Origin: Glaucostegus cemiculus
Lineage: Eukaryota
Assembly: GCA_976551045.1 (NCBI GenBank)
Contig: CDPCPM010000106.1
Span: forward strand, 23,374,001 to 23,438,000
Reading direction: 5' to 3'
Length of the DNA stretch: 64,000 bases
Of this stretch, positions 51,065 to 63,190 are shown piece after piece; position 1 is the stretch's first letter; each line of letters starts with the position of its first letter. Under the pieces are notes generated by a model. That model saw only the letters and a program-made list of their open reading frames with translations, had not been told where the DNA came from and ran no database searches. A program made the position numbers and the translations under genes.

Positions 51065-51440
51065 CTGTTTTCTTTTATCCATTCAAAAGATGTGGATGTT
51101 ACTGGCAAAGTCAGCATTCATTGTCCACTCCCAACTTGTCTCCTGAACTGAGTAGCTTGGTAGACTCTTGGAGTTTATTCAGTTTGGAGTCAAACTCGAT
51201 GTTGGGCCTGGAGTCACACAGAGGCTGGACTGGATAAGGTTGGCAGGTCGTCTTCTTTGAGGAATATCAGTAAATCAGATGGGTTTTTAATGACGATCCA
51301 GTAACTTCAAGGTCACCATTACTAATACAAGAGCTCCATACTAAATTTATTTAATGACTTGAATTTGAATTCCCTAGCTGCTGTGGTATGATTTGAATTC
51401 ACATCTTGGAGTCATTAGTCCAAGCTTCTGGATACTAGCC
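51065..51440 (-). mobile_element. Old SINE with L2/CR1-group tail
   Basis: Co-linear with 36440-36770. Confidence 0.6.
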
Positions 51441-51648
51441 CTGTATGTTAAGACTGTAGAGAAAAGCATGACTATATAGGTATATATGAGCGTGCCATTG
51501 CCATTATATATATTGTTTTTCAATGGCTTATTTAAAATAGTCAAGGAATTATTTGAAACGCTGTAAAGTTTTTATATTTGCAGAGTTTGTTCAAACCAAA
51601 TATGACCAACACCCAACACTTACTGTTCCCATTTCCTTCCTTTTCCAG

Positions 51649-51940
51649 GCAGATCTGTAAAGAGTTCACAGATTTATTAGCTCAGGACCGGTCTCCATTA
51701 GGAAACAGCCGCCCCACAGCAATCCTTGAAGCTGGAGTCCAGAGCTGCTTGACTCACTTCAGCCTGATTACACATGGCTTCGGGAGCCCTGCCATCATCG
51801 CTGCATTAACTGCCTTCCAGAATTACCTGGTGGAGGCTATAAAGGGGCTGGATAAGATGTTCCTGAGCTCATCCAACAGCCATCCCTCGGGGGAATCCGG
51901 GACTAAAAGCACAGACAAAGAGGCCAAACATCGGAAATAA
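51649..51940 (+). CDS. TFAP2E: AP-2 transcription factor, terminal coding exon (dimerisation helix and C-terminus)
   Basis: Encodes (K)[99 protein letters not shown]; long polypyrimidine acceptor ends 51648. [21 protein letters not shown] and AKHRK match TFAP2E as I recall it. Confidence 0.95.
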
Positions 51941-52810
51941 CCGGGGACAGATGGCACGGACCAAACTGTTCTAATTATCAAAGAGATTAAACAGTCATTC
52001 AACGTGCAATTAATAACAAAGGACAAATAAAATAATCATCAGGAGGATTGTGTTGAGGTGGCTGCGCAGTGACAACTTTCTAATTGAGGCGAGAAAGGAG
52101 TAAAGAGTTAGCCTGGTTTTATCGGGATCGAATAAGGCCTGAACCCAGGCTTGTCTCAATCAATGGCACGCACATTGAATTATCTTGGGACAATTGATCC
52201 AGAATTTGGGAACATTAATATGGCAAGACATTAATAAAGCACAAGCTTGGAGCAACAGCCTCAGCAGAGCAAGCAAATAGTGTTCCACATGTATATATTT
52301 ATTTATGTGTAATTAAATGGGAACTTTAAATAGACCCGTGCAAGCTATTTATCTGCTGACCTGGTTTTTCTGCTGTGAGTGATAGGAGATGAAGACTTTG
52401 CTTTTAGATTTTTTTTTAAACTTGAGGTTTCAGGGACAGGATAAGGGCAGATTGGCAGTATCTGTGTAAAGGTCATTGTATTTTCTTGTGGAAGTGATGC
52501 ACAGAGGAATATTTGTGAATGTGTTCCTGAACCATATTTTGAAACGGTGGCGTGTGAGGTACGAGGTTATAAATCTCTTAATTTGTTTGTCTAGAGTGTT
52601 TCATAAATTGTTGAATAAATTGTGCTGCTATACAGAACAATTCTATTATATGTTTCTTTCATGTAATTGGTTATCAGGACTTTGTAAGATTTTGTAACCT
52701 ATTCTCTCCCACCCCAAACACCCTGCAAAAAAAAATTTAAATTGAACCCATTTTTGTGTTTTAAATTTCCTCACAATCTGTCTTGTTAATAAAGGAAAAT
52801 AATTTAAACA
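51941..52810 (+). other. Probable 3' UTR of the AP-2 gene (end uncertain)
   Basis: Repeat-free sequence after the stop with AATAAA at 52026, 52233, 52614 and 52788; AU-rich tract at 52290-52305. Confidence 0.55.
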
Positions 52811-53198
52811 ATGCTAAAATTACAATGCTCACTTTGATTGAATAACACTGCTTTTTGGAAAGGAAAGGACATGGAATTTCCATCAGTTGGTGGGATTTAC
52901 AGCATTCATTTTTTTTTTTTTTTAGAGTCTGACAGTAGCAGCGATCATATCAATTAAACACAGCGCAATACAGCAGAAATTCTTCATTGTCATTTGGTCA
53001 AACTCACCCAGTATTATTTTCTGCAGGAAGACACTCCCAGAGATCTTGCCCTCATCGCCAGTTAGTATTTTGTAGGTTCTCCTAAAGTGGTCTCTACAGT
53101 TGACCATCACTGTCAATCATTTAGACATGGAGCTTCGAGTAAACATAACATTTAATTGTTGTAGTCAGTTGTTTTCAATTGAATTGTGAATATGGTAC

Positions 53199-53261
53199 AA
53201 AGCTGATGGATTGCTCCTATCATGTGACAGTATCATATGATAGGAGCAATCCATCAGCTTT
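53199..53261. repeat. Near-perfect inverted repeat, 29-bp arms, 5-nt spacer
   Basis: aaagctgatggattgctcctatcatgtga-cagta-tcatatgataggagcaatccatcagcttt; 28/29 Watson-Crick, the one mismatch is G-U in + strand RNA. Confidence 0.97.
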
Positions 53262-54834
53262 AAGGTAGGAGTTTCCCTTTGTAGCTAATGGACATACACC
53301 ACTGTTCCTTATGGAATAACCAGGACAGGGTAACACGGTTCTCTACCTTGTAGTTGATTTTCTTAACTAAAGAATAAAAGATAGCAAAAATGATGGGTCA
53401 AATGATTTTGCCAAACAAAAACACTGGGCTGTAAAATGAACAGAGCATGAGACCTTCCATTTCTGACAGTCCTGTTACATAGTTTCCCCATGCAATTTCT
53501 ACTTTAATTCTGGACAGCACATGCCTTCCCATCCCATTCCTCCAATGATATTCCTTTTTAACCTAATATAACAGATTGCTTAATTATGCTAATCAGATAA
53601 ATACCACAAAATGACTGTGCTATTACACCTTACTATTGCTTCATTACCTAGCATCTGGGAAAGTGCAGCCCTTGTATTTCATATTTGGGTTGATTGTAAC
53701 ATTCCAGTGGCGTCCATTAGACTTAAGGATCAATCAAGGGCTGCCTTAAGGTACGAATACATGCTACAAAAGCTGACCTGTGTGTTTGAGCAAATGACTT
53801 GAAAGTAAAACACCGTCTAGTCCATCAAACAAAAATACACATTAGGAATATTATTTCTGTTTTGCTGCTATTCCATTGTAGAATTGGAATCAAGAATGTG
53901 GAATTCACACCATTTCTGGGCTTATGTATCCCAGCACTATTGAAACTTGCTTTGATTCTTAAAAATCAAATTATCCAAAAGGACCGCATAAGGATCAACT
54001 CAGGTATTTGTGATGCTGAGTCAGTGGAAATCTGTTCCAAGCTTAAAAATTAACAAAATAGTTACAAACTATCCATCTTACCCCAATACAATTGCAAAAA
54101 CCATTGAAGTTGGAAGTATTTGCTCTTTAAGATGCTCATTAGATTGACTAGTTGATAATGAATATATTCCTTTTGGAAAACTGATGCTGCTTTGGTGTTG
54201 ATACCAAAGCTATCGCCACAAAATCCTTCAAATTCACTGGCAGGATAAGTAAACCAATCTCAGGATCCTCTCTCAGACCAAGATCCTTAATTACACTCAG
54301 CTGGCTCCTATAGGCAGGCAACATGGTTCATACATCTGACACCAGGTAATATATTGTGATGGTTTCAAAGGTTCCTTGAAAATGCATGGGAATCCTTGGT
54401 CCTCAAAATGGAGAAGGAACTTTGGGGAAGAGATCACAAATTTGCACATACCTCTCATTCTCATTTAGGAATATTTAAACTGTAAACTTCTAATTCTGGG
54501 CTGCAGTATATTTAAGAAAATTGGTGCAAGTGTCATTCCATTCTTACCTTCTGAAGATTGTGGCTAGAAATAAAGTACTGGGAAACAATGGGTTGGATGC
54601 ATCTGCCAAAATGGCATATCTGTGCTCTGGTAATTTTGTCATGGTTTTGCAGAAGGGAAACCTGTAATATTAAAAATGAAGAAGACAAAAGGGAAATTTT
54701 CTACAGCTGTTTTTGGTTGTTAGGCGTGAAAAGTTAAACAATTGGTTGAGGGTTCTCTGATCTAAATGCCAGAAAATGCTTAAAGGCATGGTTGGGGAGT
54801 GGTTAAAAGGGAGGAATGAGGAAATAACTTGGAT

Positions 54835-54965
54835 TGATATCACGCCCTTCAGTACCTCAGGCCATCAGAAATCACTTTAATGCCATTTAAATGCTCTTGA
54901 AGTGCACTCACTGATGTAAGGAATTGCAGCAACCAACTTACACATGGCAAGGCCTCACAAATAAA
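54835..54965 (-). mobile_element. Deu-type SINE fragment
   Basis: ttgaagtgcactcactgatgtaag...gcagcaaccaacttacacatggcaaggcctcacaaa is the reverse complement of the motif set at 21485-21625; a similar piece lies at 55640-55730. Confidence 0.5.
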
Positions 54966-55939
54966 ATTACAGCTGGTTCCTTTACTTCCAATAATGCAAT
55001 TAGAACATATGGTTGGAGAAACTGCACATTCACAGAAACAAGACTGTTGTAGTATGCAAGATGTAACAGCCCACTTTTGTAACCTGTACCTTAGTGTTTG
55101 AGGTGCACTTGTGGCCCAGAAAGGTAAAAGGGACATTTTTAGCCAGTAATTCTCTGTACTCTTCCCCTCCTTGCCCATTAGACGATTCTGACTCCAGAAG
55201 CAATGCCTCATTAGCTCCAATGTGAATGCAAGTGGAAAATGATTCTACCTGATGACTACTGGATATGCTGATAAAAGTGAGACTGAAGAATTAGTATTGA
55301 GTGGAAGTTCCATCATTGTGTTTGAAGTAGCTAAGTCCAACAGCATGATGCTGATACAATAAAGATTAGCTGTAATATTAACTTAGTCTCTCCTAAAGGC
55401 AAAACTCTGAATGCAGGATTTAAAGTTAGTTAACTATTCTCAACTATATGCATTAAAATTATAAATAGTCTTTAACATTTTCATCAAATAGTTAACAACT
55501 TGAATCCAAGGGAGGTGAATATATGGTCTAATTGTTGAAAGTGACAGTAGCAAGTGAAATGGCCATTGAACAACTGAGCAAACAGATAGAATATGCCCTG
55601 AATATATACATATCTACAGGACATTCCACATGAATTAATCATGGTTGTAATATAGCATTCTGTAGGTGATTGAAGCTGCCAAGTTGTGCATGGCAATTCT
55701 CACATACAGCCAAAGATATAAATAACCAGGCAACCTGCTTTGGTGAATGGAGTTTTGGAACCACTGACATAGGCAGAAGAAGATTTAGTTTTATTGTTTC
55801 TACTGAAAGATGGGACCCCCAACAATCAAGATTAGGTAAAAAAAATTCTAGGTAAATGTAATCTACAGAATGATTCACTAACTTCTGGAGGCATGAAATA
55901 AAGTAAATACATTCCCCAAAGAAATTGCGACAGGGAATT

Positions 55940-56125
55940 GGAGCAAAACAGAAACCGCTGGAGGAACTCAGCGGGTCAGGCGGCATCTGTAGAGGGAAAT
56001 GGACAGTCGACATTTTGGGTCGAGACCCTTCAATGTGGACAGAAAGAGTAGCGGGAACATAGCCAGTATAAGGAGGTGAAGGGGAGGGGTGGGCAAAGAG
56101 CTGGTAAGTGATAGGTGGATCCAGG
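55940..56125 (-). mobile_element. Penelope-derived repeat
   Basis: gctggaggaactcagcgggtcaggcggcatctgtagagggaaatggacagtcgacattttgggtcgagaccctt; homologous to 36800-36930. Confidence 0.75.
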
Positions 56126-59100
56126 CAATCTCTTGTGTCTCAACGTGGAATTGAAACAATTTCCAATATGTCAAGGAACAGAGGAATATGTGCTTGGAGT
56201 AGCAATAGTAATGAAAACAATCAGAATGAGTCCAGAGCAGTCTGTGTACCGAATGAACTTGGGGTGAGATGGGGAAGGAATTAACCCACAATCTCCTTTT
56301 TTGTTTATAACTGTACAAGTTTGCAAGTTAATTTATAGTAAGTACAGTAAAGGTCTAGGAAAGAAGCAAAATTTCATGAAAATGGTGCAGCCATGTAGAA
56401 ATTCACATTGGACCAAGAACAGTGAAGACTGCAAATTTATAATAAGAAGGGAAAATGCTGGCCATATATAGTAGGGAGATCCAAACTGGAAAAAACAAAG
56501 ATTGTTTTTTGTGATTTCATCAGAGTTAGGAACAAATCGTCTCATGAAAAGCATGAGCAATTTAGTTTGGAAGTTTCATATGACTTATGATTGTACAATA
56601 ACTTCTTGTATCCGATTGCCTTTTCTGCTGTGCAAAAGTGCTTTTACCTCATTTATTCTGAACCGATTAACATCTTGGTCATAATAACCGACAGAGGAAC
56701 TTGATTCATTCAAGACCAAAATTTCTATGACATTATTGCCTGACTTATCTACCCTAAGGCTGATTTCAGTTAATGCTGTTTAGGGGACATTTTATTCAAC
56801 CCTAACCGAACATGGATGGTGGTGAATGGGTTAAAGTCAAACTGCAGTTTAAAAAAAGATGAGAAAGAACAATCGCAAGCATTGCACAATGCTTCAAGGA
56901 GATCAACTTCTGAATGGTTTTGAACTGTAGTTAAGATAGAAAAAATCTTCTTCTGTAGGTTAATTCACAGAGACAGACTTGGAGTCTCATAAAGAAAAAA
57001 TATTTAACAATCATTATGATCTGGGAGGGAGCACGTTGATAGAAGATTGAAGTAAATAAAATCACATTAGAGGAATGTAGCAGCACGAGCAGAGCCATGT
57101 GGGCACACTCCTGGAAACACCCTGATGCAAATAATTTACTTCCAAATCCCAGATTTTCTCCCCATGAAACCAGCCTGCTTTAAGTGGTGCCCTGGGTTAG
57201 CGCATGGAATGATATTCCAAGACCCTAATTGCATTCAAATACAGTTTTATACTGGGAATGGTAAACTTGGTTGCAGAAAGGGAAACTTAGAAACGTATCC
57301 TTCCTACAAACATTTTAGAAAATTAAAATCTTAAAAATAACAACTCTGCTAAAACCATTCTGCCTTATTCCTTACATTCAAATTTACCTGCCACTTGATC
57401 CTTCTAAGTATCTTTAAAGATCTTTGCAAGGATGTGTGTACAATCAGAATAGTGTAATAGTTCTCCTCTTTCTCAAATCATTTAGTTAAACTTTTATTAC
57501 AGAGCCAGAGATATAATATCATAATTCTGCTGTGCATTTTGGAGCCTATGCTCCCACCCACATTACTAGGCAAATTCTCTATGGATCCAAAAAATGTTCT
57601 GCTGTAGTTGCAAGGTTCCTGCATTACATAAGAAAAAATTGACTTTTCCATTTACTTTTATTAAAATATTTGAGAGCCTTTCCTTTCCTCCTTCCAAATC
57701 CCCAGTATGTTAACTTCCCAAGTTCACTTTTCTTGGCTGCCAAAGTACATCCTGAAAATGCCATTGCTCAGTCTGCTAACACCACACTTCGGTTACTTCA
57801 GTTGCTTAATAAATTTTCAGGCTTATTCTTTCCTTATTCTCCACAGCTGCCCTTGGTAGCTAAGCCAAGAATGGTATCGCACAGAGACAAGTAGTGAATG
57901 ACATTCAAGACCAGGATGTGCGTTGGGTTCTCACTGAGAATCTGAAACTGTAGCACAGCAATTACAAAATGCTCAATAATTTTCTATTAACTTTTGGGAC
58001 CTTTAACTCATCTCTTGAGTTTGCAGATGTACCCTGAGTTTGTTCTTTAATACCAGTTAGTCTGAAGCTGCACATTTCATATCCATTCACACTTTGCACA
58101 ATTGGTAGGGAGTGCTTCAAGTGAAGGCGGCTTCAGAAATCTGAACAGGTGCTGTAACTTAGAAATTCTTCTCCTACTCTATTGGTGAATAGTCTCAATT
58201 ATTATAAACATATTTCAAAATGAATATAAAAACTCTTCTGTGAACCTTCACCTTCAGTGTGAACTTGAGTCTTGCACTCTACAACAAAGACATCCAGTTA
58301 AATAAGTTAGGATTAAAAACAGTTGTACATCTGTTCCATGTAATTCATGCAGCATGTGATTTTTGTGCTGCCATTTTCCTGGTTGCTGGCTGTTGGCAGT
58401 GCTGTGTTGTTGATATGTTGCATGAGTCTGCAGGGGTCCCAAAATCGTGCTTTGCTAAGAGTACGAGAGGCTAACCTGCACTGCTTAGATGGTAGGGGGA
58501 TTGTGGCCGGAGCAGGTGCAAATGGTTCTTTGTAGCTGAATCTTTCCTAGGAAATAGAGCAAAATTATGGAACATGGGAGAGAACTAGCACCCAGGTTTT
58601 CAAGTGTGGAATTGGAGGTGGAAGTGGAAGGGATGGAAGGGAAAAGAGATGCCCTGGTACCTTTTATGAGAAGGCAGTGGTAGTAGATGCCCACAGAGAT
58701 CTTTGCCAGTAGAACATTTCCAAGGACTTAGATGCATAACTAGAGTCCAATGGATTTAAACACTGAACACAGGGAATGCACTTTCAACTATCACATATCA
58801 GCAAATGCAACCACTAATCTCAGCCACTGCTCATTTCACCGCACACCCATCCTTCACCTGCAATCTTTATCAATTAGGATTCATATCTAACATTCATAAG
58901 CATCCTGTACTTGGCACTATTACAGTCTTCATACTTACATCACAATTTGCAAACACCGCTAACTATTCAATAAATACAGCCAATTATCCAAATGTGATCG
59001 GCACTATTCACTGACATATGACTCACTCTCTTGCAGGTCAAGATGACACATGATATGAGTCAGCAGGAGCTAACTGGGGTGCTGATGGGGCTTGGGTGAA

Positions 59101-59929
59101 CAGGTGAACCTGCATGCCCTAAGCTGCAGGGAGAAGACAGTGCTGGTCACAATTGAAAGGGCACGCTATGTAGTGAATGAACAATAAGACGACAGTGATA
59201 TTGAAGTACAACACCTGATTTCATATTCAGAACCAAAAGCTCAGGCACCCCACCTTAACCCTCCAAAGCCTGGATGTCCCTGACCTGGTCTTACATAACG
59301 GTGAAGGAAAGGTCTTCCCTCATGCAAGACCCATGCAGTGGTGCCTGCTGCCTCAGGCACTACTAGTTTACCATGTTGCAGGCCAAGACCAAGATGGTGT
59401 TTGGTGTGCAATAGAGGGGCCAATGAACAGTCCACTGGAGACAACAATTAATTTCTAGTGCTGGCAGTAAGAGAATGGATATATTAACAAGCCTATTTCC
59501 AGCCAAATTGTTTATAGCTGGATCTTGATCAATTTGATTTTTAATACTGAAATAAATACGTCTTTTAGAGATAATCACTATTTACCTTTGCTGGATTAGG
59601 TACAAAATCACAGATTACAAGCATACATGTACTCATTTAGACCTGAATTTTTTCCTGTAATAAAATTTGATATAAAAATTAATAGGTTATAATCCATGCA
59701 ATTCTTCCCTATAGGCAAAGCAGAAAAGCAGTTAACCTGAAAACACAAGTTAGTTTATTTTCAATTATTAATTTTTTTTTAATAAGGTTTATGGTTTAAG
59801 AACTCCGACCTGATTGTAATCAGCCTTCAGATTTGGTCTCACTGTAGTTTAAGTCAAGAGATCAGTGAAACATTCTCCTCTGGCCTTACCCAAAGGAGTA
59901 TAATTCTCAAGAAGATCAAAAGCAACCAA

Positions 59930-60315
59930 AACAAATCAGCCAGGCACCCAGTCAGCGTTCCCTCCACTACTGATGCACAGTGGCTACAGTTCACACCATC
60001 TACAAAATATACTGTAGGTACTCACCCAGGCTACTCTGCCTGCATTTCTCAAACCCACAGACTCTGCCACCAAGAAGCACAAGAGCAGCATGGGAACACC
60101 ACCACCTGCAGGTTCCCCCCATGTTGTGCACCATCCTGACTTGGAAATTTTTGATGCCCCTTCAGCATTTCTGGTACTAAATCCCAGAACTTCCATCGTG
60201 GAAGCCCCTTCACCAGAAGGACTACAGTGGTTAAGGGCAGCGGTTCACCGTCACCATCTCCACGGCGATTAGGGACAGGCAATAAATATCGGTCGTGCAA
60301 GTGTTGCCCAAAACC
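59930..60315 (+). mobile_element. L2/CR1-group LINE 3' end
   Basis: Co-linear with 21010-21400 (tgcacagtggct..., accacctgcagg, ggcaataaat). Confidence 0.8.
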
Positions 60316-60344
60316 TGAATCTGGGCAACAGCTTGGAGAATGAA

Positions 60345-60670
60345 GATCAAAGAACACATAACCAGGGTCTTCAGCCCACGGTGTCTGCTCTGACCCATAA
60401 CGCCAAATGAAACTAATTCCATCCATGATCCATGTCCCTCCATTCCCTTCATGTTCATGTGTCTGTGTAAATGCCTCATGAACACCACCATTGTGTCTGC
60501 TTCCACCACCACCCCTGGCAGCCAGTTCCAGGCACCTACCAGTCTTTTTGTGAAAAAACTTTCCCCTCTCACCTTAAAGCTATGCCCTCTGGTATTTGAT
60601 ATTTCTATCCTGGGAAAAAGATTCTGATTATCTACCATCTTATAATTTTATAAACTTCTATCAGGTCTAA
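60345..60670 (-). mobile_element. CR1 LINE 3' end
   Basis: ORF 60231-60638: LFPRIEISNTRGHSFKVRG..FFTKRLVGAWNWLPGVVVEADT. Confidence 0.9.
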
Positions 60671-62829
60671 CAAAGACCTGTTGTTGGTGAAAATGGCAAG
60701 ACAGCAAACATTGGGTCATGGGTAGAAAAGGTAAAATGGGTGATAAGTAACTGTACCTGGATATCAGCACCAGACTTCTCCTGAGGACACCACAAAGGAG
60801 TTTGTATTTATTAGGTCTTAGCTAAAATATTTCAGGTGCTCCTTACCAACTTCACCTTGATTGCATACAACTGAAAAGCCATCTTGTTGTAGTCTGTGTA
60901 GAATGATGTGAAGGTAGATGCCATTTCTTAGTGAAGCTTTAGTTTACTTGGATCAATTAGGGAAGGTGCGCTTTTTCTTTTAAAGCAGAGAAGGTTAAGG
61001 GGATCAAATGATTTGGCCTTGCTTAAGTAAATGGCTGATGAGTTGGTAAATAGAATGGATAAATGTAATTTAAAGGGCAAAAATAGGGATAAGAATGCTT
61101 TATATAGACAGTTGTTAGAGTGTATAGTGGAAACAATCTATAATACTAAAACATAGATAAATGTATTAAAAAGTTAAAAAGATACAGGGATAAATGATAC
61201 TAAGCAGAAATCTCCTTCAGGGAGTGAGCAAAGTCTGATGGGTCAAGTGTCCTTCTTTACTAGTATATAATTCTCTCACTATTATTCGACATTCCACTTC
61301 AATGGTTTTCTCAGAATACTATAACCTACATTCTTAAATAATTTGTCTAACGATATACTGCAACATTTTTGCTGCTCAAATCTGAGTTCAAATCAATGTC
61401 AATTAGGATACGAAAATCTTTCTTATTGGCCAGTTCAAAAGTTTCCAATTGAGCAGAAGATTAGTTGTACAAAATGTTAAATAACAAGGCACAGCAGGTA
61501 CATTCTTCCTCTTGACTCCATGGAGCCTCAGAGGCCACATGTACAGCTTAAATTCATGTCGCCTTGTTTCTTCTGCTTACAATTCATCCACCAGGATGGG
61601 ACACAATTCATCCCAAACCATTAGACCTTCAAACCCTACAAGTTCAAATAGGGCAAACAAGTGAATAAAAAAAAAAAATGCAGCTCAGAGAAATCTGAGC
61701 TGCTTTGACTTCAAGAATTAGGTCCATGCTTGTCAGGGGTGGAGGACAACCCGTAGGGATTGAGGTCCAGGATTGGTGGCATTTATGGTCCAGCTTTGGC
61801 AGGGGTTGAGGTCCAGGTTTGGCAGGGAATGAGATCCATGTCTGGCAGAGGTTGAATTTCACACATGACCTTACAGTAGGCAGTTCATTTTTCTCTATTT
61901 GATTATGCGACATTGAGTTCAAACAGGAACTTGTTTTGTACAGTAGGATGGTTGCGAATCTGTCAGTTTTACTCGCCATCAGATTATCTTTTTCATTCAT
62001 GTGTGAACTTTGAACTTTCAAAATGTTTCCCAAATAATTCTGGGAGGACCTAGAAGGATGCTGGGTGATTGGCATTAACTTTACTGTTTGATTTTTCCAT
62101 TGAGTAGAATATTCCCTGCACTTTGTTTGAGGCAGGAATGGAACCAGATATTTTCCAGAAAGCTCAACCAGGTTCTCCATTAAAATCAATGTTAAAAGTA
62201 CTCATGTAATACCAGTGGCTCTTGTACACTTATTAAATCATTTGCTAAGGCTCGTCATGTATGCTACTCAAAATGCTCAGATACTTGGCTGCACAATGAG
62301 TTTGCATTACATAATCTGTCTTCATCTATCAAGAAACTTGTTAAATTTCCTAATCAAAGGAGGATGTTGCAACTTTCATTCTCTTACTGTAAAATCACAA
62401 CATGTAATCTGCAGCTTTCTGTCACTGTGGGACATATGGAGTAATTTTCAGCTTCAATGTAGCTTAAATGTCAAATTCTCCAATAAATTTGTATCAGATT
62501 TAAAGTTGCCTTACTTTGAAAACTAACTACAGTGACAGCAGAAGGTCATCTTGTGTTGTACAACCAAAGTTCAACACTCTAGATATAAGTGTGATAGGGG
62601 TTTAACAAAGTGCACAACACTGCTGGTATTTCCAGTAACATCAATGGATTCCTGCAAGACCTGGGCATTGCAGTTGACAAAACATTGACTTTTCCACTCA
62701 CTCCCCCAAACCTGGAAATACTAATAAACGGAACTCAGATTTTGCCCCATGTTTTATGGCTATATTGCTTATTATAATTGTAATTAATTGTTTCTAGTGA
62801 TTAGAAATTTATGGAAACTAGGAGATTAC

Positions 62830-63190
62830 AATTACATTTATAAGATTTTAAAGGAATAACAAGGTACATTTTGTGAAAATGTTTTTTCCAGTTGAAAATG
62901 CTGGAATTAGAAGACTGTTTCAAGGTAAAGGGTCACTAGATCGGACAAGGTTTCTTCATTCTGAGGGCTGTGAATCTTTAGAGCCTCCCACCACTGATGG
63001 TTGAGAATGTTCAGGCTTTGAGAATATGTGCAGCTGAGTTCAGTGGTTTTGAACACTAGCAGAATTAAGAGGCAGAGGGATTGGATGGGAAAATTAACTT
63101 GGTGGTGGATTAGTCATCATCCTACTGGGTGGCAGAGCAGATCTGAGTGGCTGTATGTCTACTCCCACTGCCATTTCTTATGTTCTTAAC
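62830..63190 (+). mobile_element. Old CR1 3' end
   Basis: ttcttcattctgagggctgtgaatct and tail ggcagagcagatctgagtggct...ccatttcttatgttctta. Confidence 0.7.

Noticed and set aside
51645-51653. Tandem acceptor CAG-G-CAG at the last exon
   Set aside because: The second AG is the conserved Gln codon and its use would frameshift; no evidence of use.
57900-58520. Third Harbinger-like relic (HAACDF, HFPG)
   Set aside because: Motifs are weak and appear in mixed orientations, so not listed as a feature.
61644-62189. Longest ORF in the window (181 aa, minus strand)
   Set aside because: No recognisable domain, non-ATG start, overlaps a minisatellite and a poly-A run.
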